Source: Psammoneis japonica
Taxonomy: Eukaryota
NCBI GenBank assembly: GCA_008632985.1
Contig: QPGO01000025.1
Span: 124,001-188,000, forward strand
DNA: 64,000 bases
Direction of reading: 5' to 3'
Below are positions 1-12,207 of the stretch, in pieces (within the stretch, counting starts at the first letter, position 1; each line of letters starts with the position of its first letter). The notes beneath the pieces are model-generated. The model had not been told where the DNA came from and made no database searches. It saw only the letters and a program-made list of their open reading frames with translations. The translations under genes were made by a program, and so were the position numbers.

Positions 1-19
1 CCCATCAGTTGCACCGGCA

Positions 20-445
20 TCACAAATACACCGTGTGGCAACCGCAGTCATCAGTTTCGGCCTCGTTGTCTGTTGCCCAATCTACCTGCACGTTGAGCTT
101 TCTGGCAACCTTCATTAGTCTCTGCCTGTTCTGGTCTTTTGAATCATCACACGGGCGCCCATTCTTCTCCTGACGCTGACTGTCAGAGTCCTTCGCCACC
201 GCCTCGTCTCTAGTCCCATCCACGTCACAGAGTTCTCGGTTTTGTTTGGTACAAGAGACCGAAGTGTCCTCACTTTCAGTGCTGCTGTTTTGAACTGGAG
301 AAGATTGTAATGAAGTCGGGGTAGTAGTGGTGCTGGAGGTGGTGTCGTTGCCAGCATCAACGTTGTGCATTGGAACATGTAAGCCATCGTTATCCGCAAA
401 CCCAAACGAGTCGTCGTTGTCGTTCATACCGGATTCAGGAATCAT
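20..445 (-). CDS. Acidic, Ser/Thr-rich low-complexity ORF, probably transposon-associated
   Basis: 141 aa ORF overlapping the stop of ORF 442-1002. The DDSFGFADND stretch loosely resembles DDPAGFGFSNDE in ORF 30441-31862. No recognisable domain. Confidence 0.3.
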   Translation of the reverse strand: MIPESGMNDNDDSFGFADNDGLHVPMHNVDAGNDTTSSTTTTPTSLQSSPVQNSSTESEDTSVSCTKQNRELCDVDGTRDEAVAKDSDSQRQEKNGRPCDDSKDQNRQRLMKVARKLNVQVDWATDNEAETDDCGCHTVYL

Positions 446-1002
446 TTCATTTTCAACAGTCCGCTTAGCCGCCTATCACCAAAAAAATCAAAAATAACGA
501 TTTTCCTGTGTTGGAAATGAAAGCATCTTGACACAAAAACAAAAGCAAAAGCATGAAAATCGGAGCATACCTTGTCAGACGCTAGCAAATCCCGGCAAGC
601 CCTTTCCCTCCTTCTCTTTTCACTGGAGAGACGTGAAATCCTTTCCCTCTTCATTCTTTCCAGTTCGGCAGCCTCTACTTCCAACAAGGCTCCCATTATG
701 AATGGATTAAACCTCTTGGCATAATCCGAAAGATCGCATTGATTGTTTATCATTGATTGGCCGTTTCTGTTGAACTTGAACAGCCCATCGCGGAACATCA
801 TGCGTGAAATGTATCGGATGGAGTCATCCTCCATGCCCGTTTTGCGAAGACAATGGTATAGTGGACGTTGCTTTGATATGAATCTCTGTGGATAATAGTG
901 AAGACGACATCCTGTGTCCCACTGTCTCTCTTGCTCAAAATACGACGGTGGAAAAAACCACGGCTGGCGAGAGAAGCTGAAACCAAACGGTGAAAACATC
1001 AT
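442..1002 (-). CDS. Hypothetical protein, unmutated paralog of the decayed ORF at 31732-32436 (likely TE accessory protein)
   Basis: Aligns by eye with ORF 31732-32436: LRKTGMEDDSIRYISRMMFRDGLFKFNRNGQS vs LKKRGLTDHLIRGIVLMMFDAKIFAFKSSGKS. Tyr codons and TpA are retained here. Confidence 0.5.
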   Translation of the reverse strand: MMFSPFGFSFSRQPWFFPPSYFEQERQWDTGCRLHYYPQRFISKQRPLYHCLRKTGMEDDSIRYISRMMFRDGLFKFNRNGQSMINNQCDLSDYAKRFNPFIMGALLEVEAAELERMKRERISRLSSEKRRRERACRDLLASDKVCSDFHAFAFVFVSRCFHFQHRKIVIFDFFGDRRLSGLLKMK

Positions 1003-1867
1003 TGAACAAAATTGGGGTGATCACGGATTAGACTGAAGAAAAGCAAACAAAGTACTGGTGGCAGTTGTTGCATGATTAGATTTCGTCCACATGAGACGCG
1101 GTGCTTCTTTTGGTCCTGCTGTGAGCACGTGAGCGAGCCCACTCTCCATCGTGAGTCTATGCGTCGACCGTTGTCGTGTGCGCTGCGCACACCCGGAAGT
1201 CTCCTCATGAGACTCTCGCGGAAGTAAGACGGACGATGTACCAGGGTCGTATGTAGGCGATTTGTTGCCATGTCCTCCTGGTGTGTTTCGTGTAGAATTC
1301 TCCGTAGAAAAGTTTTTTGCGCATGTAGAAACGTGTGGGGATTCCGGAGGCATCGCAACAAACCATCCGTCTGAGACTTCCGCGAGAGAGTCCATGGGAA
1401 AACTGTGGGTGCGTGCGAGCGTGGAGCGTGCATGAAGAACGGTTGACGCATGGACTCACGACAGAGAGAGTGACATGAGCCTGTGAGCTGCAGCAGCTGT
1501 GAGTGACTCAAGATTTGTGACGTGCAGGTTGCTGACAAATGGACAGATGGCAATGCTGTGATGTTCGGCATCAACCAGCCAGCGGCGATTCAAGTTTGCC
1601 ACCCAGTGGAGGCAACTGCATCATTGTTTTTCCTCGACAACGATTGAATGAATCGTTGATGCTGTTCAAGGCCATTGAGAAACATTTGACATCTCACGTT
1701 GCAAGATGAGAGTCATGTCAGTTGGGGTGATCGCTGATTGGACTGAAAAAAGGCATGAAAACAAGGAAAATGCTGGTGCGGAGGATGATTGGATTTTGCC
1801 CACTTGGCTGAGACGCAGCACTGCACTGTTGTGAGTCACAGCAAGTCATGATGAGACATGCCCTGTC

Positions 1868-2505
1868 ACCTGGCAGGTGCAAAGAGGGTGTGCAGTGAGC
1901 AGTGCGTGGCACCCTTTGTGGAAACACACGTCCGAAAGTGAGTGCACTCTGACCAGACAAACAACCCAAAACAAGTGCTGGTGCTGAGATCACCACTTTC
2001 TCTTTCCTTCAACATGAGGGCTTTGTCCAAGATTGCCCACTTGGTCCAGCCTTTTCCTGCCTTGTGCTTGCAACCTCTTGCCACTGAGCCAATGACTCCA
2101 TCAGCTGTGCCTCCCTCTTCTCACCCCAAGTCAGCACCCCAAGTCAGCAACCTCCCCCTCTTGCCATTTCCAATGATGCCAGCACTTTCCCCCCACAACC
2201 ACGCAGCCCTTGGTTCCTCAACTGCTTGTCTTCTCTTGGCCCTCCATTTGGCATCATTCTCAGTTGCTCCAAAACCAGCAATGAGATGCCAACCGCTGCC
2301 CCAACCCCCCAACCCCAATGATCTCATTCTGTCTGCACAAAAGTCACTGCTGGCACACAATTCCTTGTGCCAGACAACCAAAACACCGGCGCTGCTCCTC
2401 TGATCTCACCTCTGATTTCCTCTGAGCAAAAGCCACTTTGTTTGACCAAGCCCTCTTGTGCCTCGCTGCTCACCCCAAAGACACAAGCAAACAAAAAGAA
2501 CTGTC
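1868..2505 (+). repeat. Dispersed repeat, diverged direct copy of 19619-20215 (TE fragment)
   Basis: Shared blocks such as gaccagacaaacaacc, caacatgagggctttgtccaa, ccactgagccaatgactc and aagccctcttgtgcctc occur in the same order in both copies. Confidence 0.85.
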
Positions 2506-2519
2506 ATCCACCACGCACC

Positions 2520-3076
2520 TGCAGATGCCAGATGCGGGTGGTGGGTGGCAGATGGCGGATGGTGGGTGCTGGATGCTGGATGGTGGGTGCTGGATGGTGG
2601 GTGCTGCTGGATGCTTGGTGGCAGATGGTGGATGCTGGGTGCTGGATGGCAAATGGCGGGTGGTGGATGGTGGATGGCAGGTTGTGGATGGTGGATGTTG
2701 GATGGCGGATGGTGGATGGCGAGTGCTGGATGATGGATGCTGGATGGCAAATGGTGGATGAGGGGTGGTGGGTGGAGGATGGCAGATGGTGGACACTGGA
2801 TGCTGGACAGCAGATGGCAGATGGTGGATGGCAGATGGTGGATGCTGGATGGCAGATGGCGGGTGGTGGATGGCAGATGGCAGATGGTGGATGGTGGACA
2901 GCGGATGGTGGATGCTGGATGATGGACGGCAGATGGCGGATGGTGGATGGTGGATGGCGGGTGCTGGATGCTGGATTCTGGATGGTGGATGGCAGATGCT
3001 GGATGGCAGATGATGGATGAGGGATGGTGGATGTCAGATTGTGGATGGTGGATGGCGGGTGGTGGTTGGTGGATGA
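2520..3076 (+). repeat. Degenerate 7-bp tandem array (GATGGTG/GATGGCA/GATGGCG/GATGCTG)
   Basis: Heptamer periodicity is directly visible and produces spurious HPPSTIH-type ORFs. Confidence 0.95.
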
Positions 3077-3109
3077 CAAAACCCAAAATCCATTTTTAGG
3101 GTGCTGCTG

Positions 3110-5020
3110 CTCTTCCGCCCCTGCAACAAGGTAACCCACACCCCCAGCACACCTGACGTGTGGCAGGGGCACACAGCAATCAGCTTAAAATGGCACCACA
3201 TTCAGGTGATGCCATGCCAAAGCAACTGGCAACAGCGCGTGTTCCTTGCAATGCCAAACGTTTTGCCTCATGGATGCTGGATTTGAACATGGGTCTGACA
3301 GCAGCTGACCAGTTTTGGAGCCTGTGAGTGGAGTGCAGGAGGTGCTCCTCAACTGAATCAAAAAGTTCTGCTTGGTCCTTGGCCAAGCAGGCACTGGACC
3401 AAGAACATGTGGCCTTGACCTCTGCTTTGGCATCCCAACACTGCACTGATTTGCTGGTCTTGGAATCATGACCATGGATGGCATCATTGTGCTGGTCCCA
3501 TGATTCCCACCACTGATTCCACATGCAACTGTCAACAGTTGCAGCCCAGTCAACTCCAGATGTGTCACAATCTACAGTTGCAACTGTCTTCAAGTGATCA
3601 AGGCACACCTCATTCCAAAAGGAGGAAAAGTGACCATTGAAAAGGTGTCTCCAGCCAATCTGCTCTTGCGTGTGAAACATCTCCAGTGCACTGTGATGAA
3701 GTTCATCTGCACCAATGATGCCTTTGCTGAACCATGATTCCAAGGCTGTTGTCAAGAAATCATGCATGGGAGGAGATGTGTTGATGTCATTGCATTTCTT
3801 GTGCAATCCTTGAAGGAAGGTTTGTCACCATGCTTCATTGCATGGGCACCATGAAATGTGATCCCTGTCCTCCATTGGGTGTTGACAATGAATGCAGCAA
3901 TCAGGTTGGGTGGGATTGTGCCTGTGAACAATCTTGTTGGCAGGCAATGAGTCTTGAACCAGCTTGACTGTGCTTGCTCTTCTGCAAATGTTGTGAGACA
4001 TGAGTTTGGAATGGACAGGCCAATCTGTGAGTTGGAAAGCCTCGTTGTTCCAGCCATGCTTCTCCTTCATGCATTGCACCAGGGCAGGACTTGAAGCTTT
4101 GCAGTCCACATTTTAATCTCTCCTTCTAAGTCTGCTGATGCTGCAAGAAAGGAAGAGACCGACACTGGAGATCAATGTTTGAGATGAAGCACAAACCAGG
4201 AAGTGGCTTCATCGAGTCAATCCATGTCACAGTCACCATCAAAAACAAGGTCTGCAGAGATTGCATCGCCGACATGACCCAAATCCACCAACAAGGGGGG
4301 AACAGTGAGGGGGTGCTGTGGGCCTGTCCAAAGTGTTTTTTGTTGAAAAGTCGAAGAGCAGTGGCAACATCCACGGGAGCATTGACAGCAACCCATTTGT
4401 CACACTCTTTGGGGTTCACAGAGGGGTCACAGGGCACCTGAACGATGTTTGTCCCCATGCCGTGGTCTGCCTTGCAAAACTTAATCTCACAGAATAACTC
4501 CTTGATTTCTTTGGCTTTTTGTGCATTGCGCAGGACAGCGGCTTTCCTCCTGGATGCCTTTGCACCTTCCAGTTCCAGGGCTGCAATCTTCTCCGCCATC
4601 TCCCATTCTCTGTGCACAACAATGGCTGCCGCCACCTTCTGGCATTCAGACTGGGCCATGCGAAGGGCTGTCTGACATTCCGCAAAAGTCTCAGGAATGA
4701 TGGGCAAGCCCTCAATTTGATTCTGAATGTTTCTGATGTGGCCAACATGGTCAATGTGTGAGTGCACATCATGGATCTGACTCAGCTCAAGACACAAACT
4801 CTGTGTCAAAGCTGAGCCGGTTTGATGGACCATTCTGGTTCACGGTGTGCACAACATTTCTTTGCTGTGGCCAGAGAAAATTGCAAAAGGTCTCCATCCA
4901 ATCTCTCAGCCAACTCAAGATCAGGTGTGTTGAGTTCAAAAAGTGCTCTTGATCTGGACAGAATGTCCCAGCTTGCAAGCATGGGACCAACAGCATCAAG
5001 GCACATCATCACTTGAGGTT
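3110..5020 (-). mobile_element. Decayed non-LTR retrotransposon remnant (diatom LINE, possibly Ambal-like), internally deleted
   Basis: Motifs typical of diatom LINE ORFs: NKKHFGQAHSTP (pre-RT region), C-terminal CCIHCQHPMEDRDHISWC zinc finger, QEQIGWRHLFNGH and W..WDQHNDAIHG. No RT core is visible between ~4110 and 4130. Confidence 0.65.
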
Positions 5021-5025
5021 TTGAG

Positions 5026-5472
5026 GAAGACCGTTCTGGCATCGAACGGCCTTTGTCACGAAATCAACGTGGTTCTCATTCCACCAAATTTTGCACTGCA
5101 CAGAATCTAAATTTATGTTGGCAGAGGCAGTGAAATTTTCATTTGTTAAAAAAAAGTCCACAATCACATGTCAATGATAAAATGACACGGTGTCGCATGC
5201 AATGCAAGTCGTGTGGCACCAGCATTGCTCGCAGCATGCGTCGTTTTGCATGTCACGCAGGCAAATGAGTGAGGGAGCCAGGCACCGATGCACTTTTCAT
5301 TTAAAATGCACTCAACTGCTGTTGCTCCTCCAAGCTGCAGCAAGAGCAAGCTCCAACCAAGCAGTGGCACACTGCACACGCGCATTTTGGCTCGCCTTGG
5401 ATTGTTGAATTTGTGCAGATCCAGCTTGAAGATTGTGCCATGATGGGCATCACCACGCAAAGTGCAAGCCAG
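5026..5472 (+). pseudogene. Inverted duplicate of the fasciclin gene 3' end plus downstream DNA (copy of 16047-16494), hypermutated
   Basis: Reverse complement of 16047-16494. Encodes VLASNGLCHEINVVLIPPNFALHRI* versus the genic VLASNGLYHEINAVLIPPNFVLPRI*. Confidence 0.95.
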
Positions 5473-5484
5473 GGTCAGGGATTG

Positions 5485-8235
5485 CAGATGATGCATGATG
5501 GATGATGGATGGTGGATGGTGAATGATGGATGGCGGATGGTGGATGGTGGATGGTGGATGGCGGATGATGGATGGTGGATGGCGGATGATGGATGGTGCA
5601 TGATGGATGGTGGTTGGTGGATGGTGGATGGTGGATGGTGGAGGTGGAGGTGGATGGTGGATGATGGATGATGGATGATGGATGGTGGATGATGGATGAC
5701 GGGTGATGGATGGTGGATGGTGGATGATGGATGAAGGATGACAGATGATGGATGGTGTTTGATGGATGGTGGATGATGGATGATGGATGAAGGGTGATGG
5801 GTGGTGGATGGTGGATGGTGGATGGTGGATGATGGATGATGGTTGGTGTTTGATGGATGGCGGATGATGGATGATGGGTGATGGATGGTGGATGGTGGGT
5901 GGTGGATGATGGATGATGGATGGTGGATGATGGATGATGGGTGATGGTTGGTGGACAATGGATGATGGATGGTGGATGGCGGATGATGGATGATGGATGA
6001 TGGATGGTGGATGGTGGATGGTGGATGGCAGATGATGGATGATGGACGATGGATGGCGAATGATGGATGGTGGATGGTGGGTGGTGGGTGGTGGATGGCG
6101 GATGATGGATGATGAGTGATGGATGGTGGATGGTGCATGATGAATGATGGATGATGGATGGTGGATGGCAGAGGGTGGGTGGAGGGTGATGGATGATGGA
6201 TGATGGCAAGTGGACAGTGGATGATGGATGATGGATGGTGGATGGTGGATGGCAGAAGATGGATGGTTGGTGGCGGATGATGGATGATGGATGATGGTTG
6301 GTGGATGGTGGATGATGGATGGTTGACGACAGATTGTGATGACAGATGATGGATGGCAGATGATGGATGGCAGATGATGGATGATGGATGAAGGGTGTTG
6401 GATGATGGATGGTGGATGGCGGACGACAGATGATGGATGATGGATGATGGGCGATGGTTGGTGGGTGGTGGATGATGGATGATGGTTGGTGTTTGATGGA
6501 TGGCGGATGATGGATGGTGGATGATGGGTGGCGGATGATGGATGGTGGATGGTGGATGGCGGGTGATGGACATCGGATGATGGATGGTGGATGGTGGACG
6601 GTGGACGGTGGACGGTGGACGGTGGATGATGGATGATGGATGATTGATGATGGGTGGAGGGTGGTGGATGATGGATGATGGATGGTGGATGATGGATGGT
6701 GGATGATGGATGGTGGATGGTGGATTGCGGATGATGGATGATGGGCGATGGATGGTGGATGATGGATGGCAGATGGTGGATGGTGGATGGTGGGTGATGG
6801 ATGATGGGTGGCGGATGATGGATGATGGGTGGTGGATGGTGGGTGATGGGTGGCGGATGATGGATGGCGGATGGTGGATGATGGATGCTGGATGATGGAT
6901 GGTGGATGGTGGATGGTGGATGGTGAATGATGGGTGATGGTTGGTGGATGCTGGATGGTGTTTGATGGATGGCAGATGATGGATGATGGAAGATGGTTGG
7001 TGGTTGGTGGATGGTGGATGGCGGATGGTGGATGATGGGTGATGGATGATGGGTGGTGGTTGGTGGATGGTGGATGGTGGATGATGGATGATGGATGATG
7101 GGTGATGGATGGTGGATGGTGGATGATGGATGATTGATGGTTGATGATGGATGGTGGGTGGTGGATGATGGATGATGGATGGTGGATGGCAGATGGTGGA
7201 TGCTGGATGGTGGCTGGCGGATGGTGGATGGTGGGGTGGGTGGATGGTGGATGGTGGATGGCGGATGGCAGATGGTGGATGGTGGATGTTCAATGCTGAG
7301 TGCTGAGTGCTTGATGGTGGATGGCGGATGGCAGATGGCGCGTGGTGGATGGTGGATGGTGGATGGTGGATGGCGGATGTTGGATGCTGGATGCTGGGTG
7401 GTGGCTGGCAGATGGTGGATGGCAGATGGTGGATGTGGGTTGGGGATGCCAGATGCTGGATGCTGGGTGCTGGGTGCTGGATTGTGGATGGCGGATGCTG
7501 GATGGCGGATGGCAGATGCTGGATGGTTGGTGGCAGATGGCAGATGTTGGTTGGTGGATGGTGGACGCTGGATTGTGGATGGTGGATGCCAGATGCCAGA
7601 TGCCAGATGCTGGATGCTGGATTGCAAATGGCGGCTGGTGGCTGGTGGATCACAGATGGCGGATGGCAGATGGTGGATGCTGCATGCAGGGCAGCGGATG
7701 AGGGATGGTGTTGATGGTGGATGGTGGATGAAGGATGCTCCTGGTGGATGATGGGTGGTGGATGGTTGATGGTTGATGGTTGATGGCAGATGGTGGATGG
7801 CAGATGGTGGGTGCTGGATGCTGGATGCTGGACACTGGATGGCGGATGGCAGATGGTGGATGCTGGATGCTGGATGGCGGGTGCTTCTTGGCAGATGGAT
7901 GATGGTGGATGGCGGATGGTGGATGGCGGATGGTGGATGCTTGATGGTGGATGCTGGATGCTGGATGGCGAGTGACAATTGCTGGATGGTGGATGGAGGA
8001 TGGCCAGTGCTGGATGGCAGATTCCTGATGGCAGACAGCAGATGCTGGATGGCGAATGGTGGAAGGCAGATGTTGGATGGATGACAGTGAATGGCAAATG
8101 GCGCATGGCAGATTGTGGATGCTGGGTGGCAGATGTCAGATGTCAGAATGTTGATGGTGGATGGCTGATGGTGCATCATGGAGGATGGCAGATGCTGGAT
8201 GGCAGATGGTTGATGGTGGATGCTGGATGGTGGAC
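5485..8235 (+). repeat. 2.75 kb degenerate 7-bp tandem array (GATGGTG/GATGATG, later GATGGCA/GATGCTG/GATGGCG)
   Basis: Heptamer periodicity is directly visible. The first ~1.7 kb is rich in GATGATG and the last ~1 kb resembles array 2520-3076. Confidence 0.97.
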
Positions 8236-10959
8236 TTTGACAAAAGACCCCTTCCAATGAAAAATTGGACCAATCAGAGCACTTCATTTCAAGGACACAC
8301 ATCATTGCCATGCTTGAAGCTTTCTGAAAGAATGCACATCATCATCATTCAATGATTGCTTCAACACAGACATGGCCATCTTTGTTGATCCATCTCAGAC
8401 AGATGTGCTGCAATGTGACTGGTGCTGGGATAAAGACACCTCACAAAAAATTCATTTTCCTTCTGTCTTTTTGTGTCTCACTCATCATCAGTGCTGACCT
8501 GTGCAAGAGAATTTTGAGAGAAGGAATTTCAGCAGAACGGAGAAGCACCCCCCCCCCCCCCCCAAGCTTCCCAACACCATGGGCATTCAGTCTCAGGCTT
8601 GAAAGCCTGCCTTGAGAACAACAGCAACGGAGCAAGTTTTTTCCAAAAATGCACCTTGGTTTGCACAACGTCACCAACAGCGATGGCAGAATTGCAAATT
8701 CTGACTCCACCAAACAGTCGTGCCCCTCAAGAAAAGCTTGTTGAGTGCAAAAGGTGCAAACAAGTGCCCTCCTGCAAAAAGGGTCATGCTGCAAGCTGCC
8801 CAAAATCCATCCACAGTGGAAAAAACATGAGCACCAAGCAAATCTTGGCTGTCCACCACTTCATCACAAGTGGTGCAAGAAAGGATGCAAGAATTCTGGG
8901 TTGTCAGGCCCCAACTGAGGAAGGCATGGAGACACTGTTCTGCAATGGCGCCAGGGCTTCAAAAACAACAAGCCATCTGCAATGACCATCTTGTTGCCTG
9001 CTCCTGCTGCTCTGCTGCTCTGCTGCTGCCAACACTGCTGCTGCTGCCATCAGCGCCATTGCGTCAAACAGCATGGAGCATTCTGCCAACAATGTTGAAG
9101 AAGATCCTCTCTCTGAGAGGTGCCAGAGAGATTTGGAAACAAATTGAAATGTGCAAAAAAGAAGATTTCTTGTCCTGCACCCACTCAGGCTTTGATTTGA
9201 AGCCTTCTGGACTTGTGCCCACATTGGTTTCATGTGAACTTGAACAAGACAATGGGCAGAGAGGTGAATGCCAAAAAACTCAAATGGCGTCAGCAGAACT
9301 TTCCTTCTGGTGCCATGTCATTTGCAGTGCCATGTGATGACATGACCAAGAAAGACTCTTTGCAACCTCTGCAGTGAGATTGAAGACATTGCAGTCCATG
9401 TCCTCTTCTGGGAAGAATTGCACTTTGCTGACATGTTTTTTGGTGAGGACATTGCATGCAGGCTTGGTCTTTGGCACTGGACAAACCACATCATTTGGAC
9501 TTTGTGAGGTGCTCACAGTGATTGTTGCTGTGCAGTTCATGAATCAAAGGATTGTGCTGGTGCAATGATGAATCCAATGAGGTGAAGGTGGTGGATGCTC
9601 TCATCTTTGGGAAACTTCTTCTTGGTGGGAAGAAGAACATGAGGGAAGAAATTGAGAACATCAAAAACATCAAGAAGTGGAGTGACTGCAAGAAGTGCAT
9701 TCAAAGGTGGACTCATCAACTCAAAACATGGAACAAGCATCTGGAATCTTGGTTCAATCAGCACAAGTGCTCTGCATCTCCTGGCATGGCAGAGGCTGGC
9801 AGATGGCATGACCCAGACTCTTGGAAACCACATTTAATGGAAAACACAAAGCCAGTGGTCAAAAACGCAAAATCACCAGCTCATGGACTTGATGAGCCAC
9901 TGCCATGTGAAGACTCATGCAGAGTTGTCACAAGCCTTCAAAATGGTCCAAGTGCAAGCTTGACATGTTTGCAAGAACAACCACTGGCATGGAATCAAAG
10001 CTTGAAAACCATTGCCACATCATTGAGCATTTTGGAAACTCTGGTTCAAGATCCTCTCTGATGGTGCACTGTGCCTTGCAGGCATGTGTGAGTGCAAAAT
10101 CTCAACATGAGAGCATGTCCAAATGGATGAACTGATTGCTGATGAGTGCACCAAGATTCCGTGCACCTTTCAAGGTGTTCCTGCTTTTGTCAACCACAGC
10201 AAGCTCAGCTGCATCAACAAGCTGGCAGAGAAAGCAGAAGCCCCCCATCCTGTGCACAGGAATGTCAAAGCACTGAAAGAAGATGATGGTGAGTGGCATT
10301 TTTCAGTGCACCTGGAGCAATTGGAACATGTGAGAGAGCAGCTCAAGACAACAAGAGCTGCAACCAGCACAGTGGCAGCAGCAACCAAAAAAGATTCTGA
10401 CAGATTCATGTGCAACAAAAAGTGTGGCACAAGAAACCCACATTCAACCCACTCTAACCCAGTGCCAATTGTGAAGAATCCATGCAAAAGAAAATCCAAG
10501 TTGCAGCACCCACCGCCGTCTGAGGAGCCACGAGCAAAAAAAGTGAAACCTTCCAATTTGCAAGAGGAGGTCATTCCACCAAGACAGCCACAGCCAACAC
10601 CAATTGCCTTTTGCTCTAACCTGCATTGCATCTCAAGTTGAGGACAAGATGGAAGATGTGGAAAATGGGAAATGGGGAGCAATGCCGCCCAAATCAAATC
10701 AACCTTTGCATCTTTTCATGCACAATGGGCTGATGTCCTCTGTCTTCAACACCATGAAAATGCAACAATGCATTGCACCTTGCACTCACCTCCACCATTG
10801 CTGTGTTCTTCTCATCTTTTCCTTCCTCTCCTCTCTTGTTGTTGCAGCAGCAATGGGGTTGCCTTGCTCCCCCTCTCCCCCCTCTTCTTCCATTGGCGCA
10901 CCTCCTGTGTTTTTGTGGAAGGAGTGTGTTGTGACTGAAGAGGCTTGGTTGTAGAGAAT

Positions 10960-11490
10960 TTGGCAAAGAAGTGTCAAGAAAAAGTCATGGCAGCCAAAAA
11001 GGCACTGGATGCACAGTGAGTGGCTCTTGCTGGTTTGTTGAGCCACTGGAAGCTGAGCAGGAGTCTGTTTGTGCTGACAAGCATCATCCTGGTGACTTTT
11101 CTTTCAAAGTGGCTTGGACTTGGGCTGATTGCATCATCAAACACACAAAAGTGAATGACATGATTGATGGGGCTGTGGTGAATGACAGTGAATTTGCTGC
11201 TGTGCCCGCGCAAAGATGCTTTTGATTGAAGATTTCAAACTCAAAACGGCAACAAAGAGAAATCCTCCAGCTGTTTCAGATTGCTTGTTGGAGTCTTTGT
11301 CCCATTCTGTTCTGGACTGGCAAGCGCAATTGTGATGGCATTGAAGCTTGGAGATGGGAAGATCAAAAGGGCCAAGACCCAATGATGAGAGCTGTGATTG
11401 CAGCTGGCATTGGCTGCAATGCTTTTCCTGCTGGTGTTTTTAGCATGGGCCCAGCAACAATTTTGAAATGGAAGCAGAAGCAACCAGATG
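10960..11490 (+). pseudogene. Decayed XPG/FEN1-like nuclease fragment (XPG-I and H3TH motifs)
   Basis: KVAWTWADCII...IDGAVVNDSEF resembles the APxEADAQ...DAVxSxDSD motif. VIAAGIGCNAFPAGVFSMGPATILKW resembles the H3TH motif LxGCDYxxGIxGIGPxTA. Stops and frameshifts are present. Confidence 0.5.
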
Positions 11491-11825
11491 CCCCACCCAT
11501 TTTTTTTTTGCTGAACTTCCATTTTTTTTTTTGCTGGTGGCCGGCCTGATGTCCACATTGGAGCACGTGCATTGTCAAACAATCTCAAGAATCGCCACAC
11601 ACAACATTTGATGTAAACACACATGTGATTCAATTTTGCAACAAGTTGGTGTTCTGTTTGGGCGACAGTGGTGAGGGGTCTTGCGGTTTTGAAAATTTGA
11701 AAAACACGTCATTCTGAAAGAATCAATCTGTGGTGTGATGTTGTTCAATGGCCACGATGAACGCTGGCACCAAATGCAAGGGGAGAGGGGAGCACATGCA
11801 ATGATCATAATTCCATCAAGCATCC

Positions 11826-12207
11826 AGCAGTTGACATCATGAGCAGTGGCAATGATGAAGAGGCATTCCTGTCCTTCAAAGGCTCCATGGATGGCAAATC
11901 AGTGCCAGCTCAAAAGCAAGAAGCAGCGGAACTCATGAGTGGCAGCAATGAAGAGACACCATCACCTGTCAAAGGCCACAAGGACAAGTGCACCGGCAAT
12001 GAGGCATCTCATGGAGCAGTTGATGTCATGAGCAGCAGCAGTGATGAAGAGGCATTCCCATCCTTCAAAGGCTCCATGGATGGCAAATCAGTGCCAGCTC
12101 GAAAGCGAGAAGCAGTGGAACTCATGAGCAGCAGCGATGAAGAGATGCCATCACCTGTCAAAGGCCACAAGGACAAGTGCATTGGCAATGAGGCCGCATC
12201 TCATGGC
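11826..12207 (+). repeat. Two-unit ~190 bp in-frame tandem duplication inside decayed ORF 11839-12624
   Basis: The peptide MSS..DEEAF.SFKGSMDGKSVPA.K.EA.ELMS...EE.PSPVKGHKDKC.GNEA occurs twice. Confidence 0.9.

Noticed and set aside
2520..8235. Heptamer arrays as telomeric repeats or a CRISPR array
   Set aside because: The unit does not match TTAGGG-type repeats, and there are no unique spacers or cas genes.
5164..8311. 980 aa and 953 aa His/Pro-rich ORFs
   Set aside because: These are translations of a stop-free heptamer satellite, open in several frames at once.
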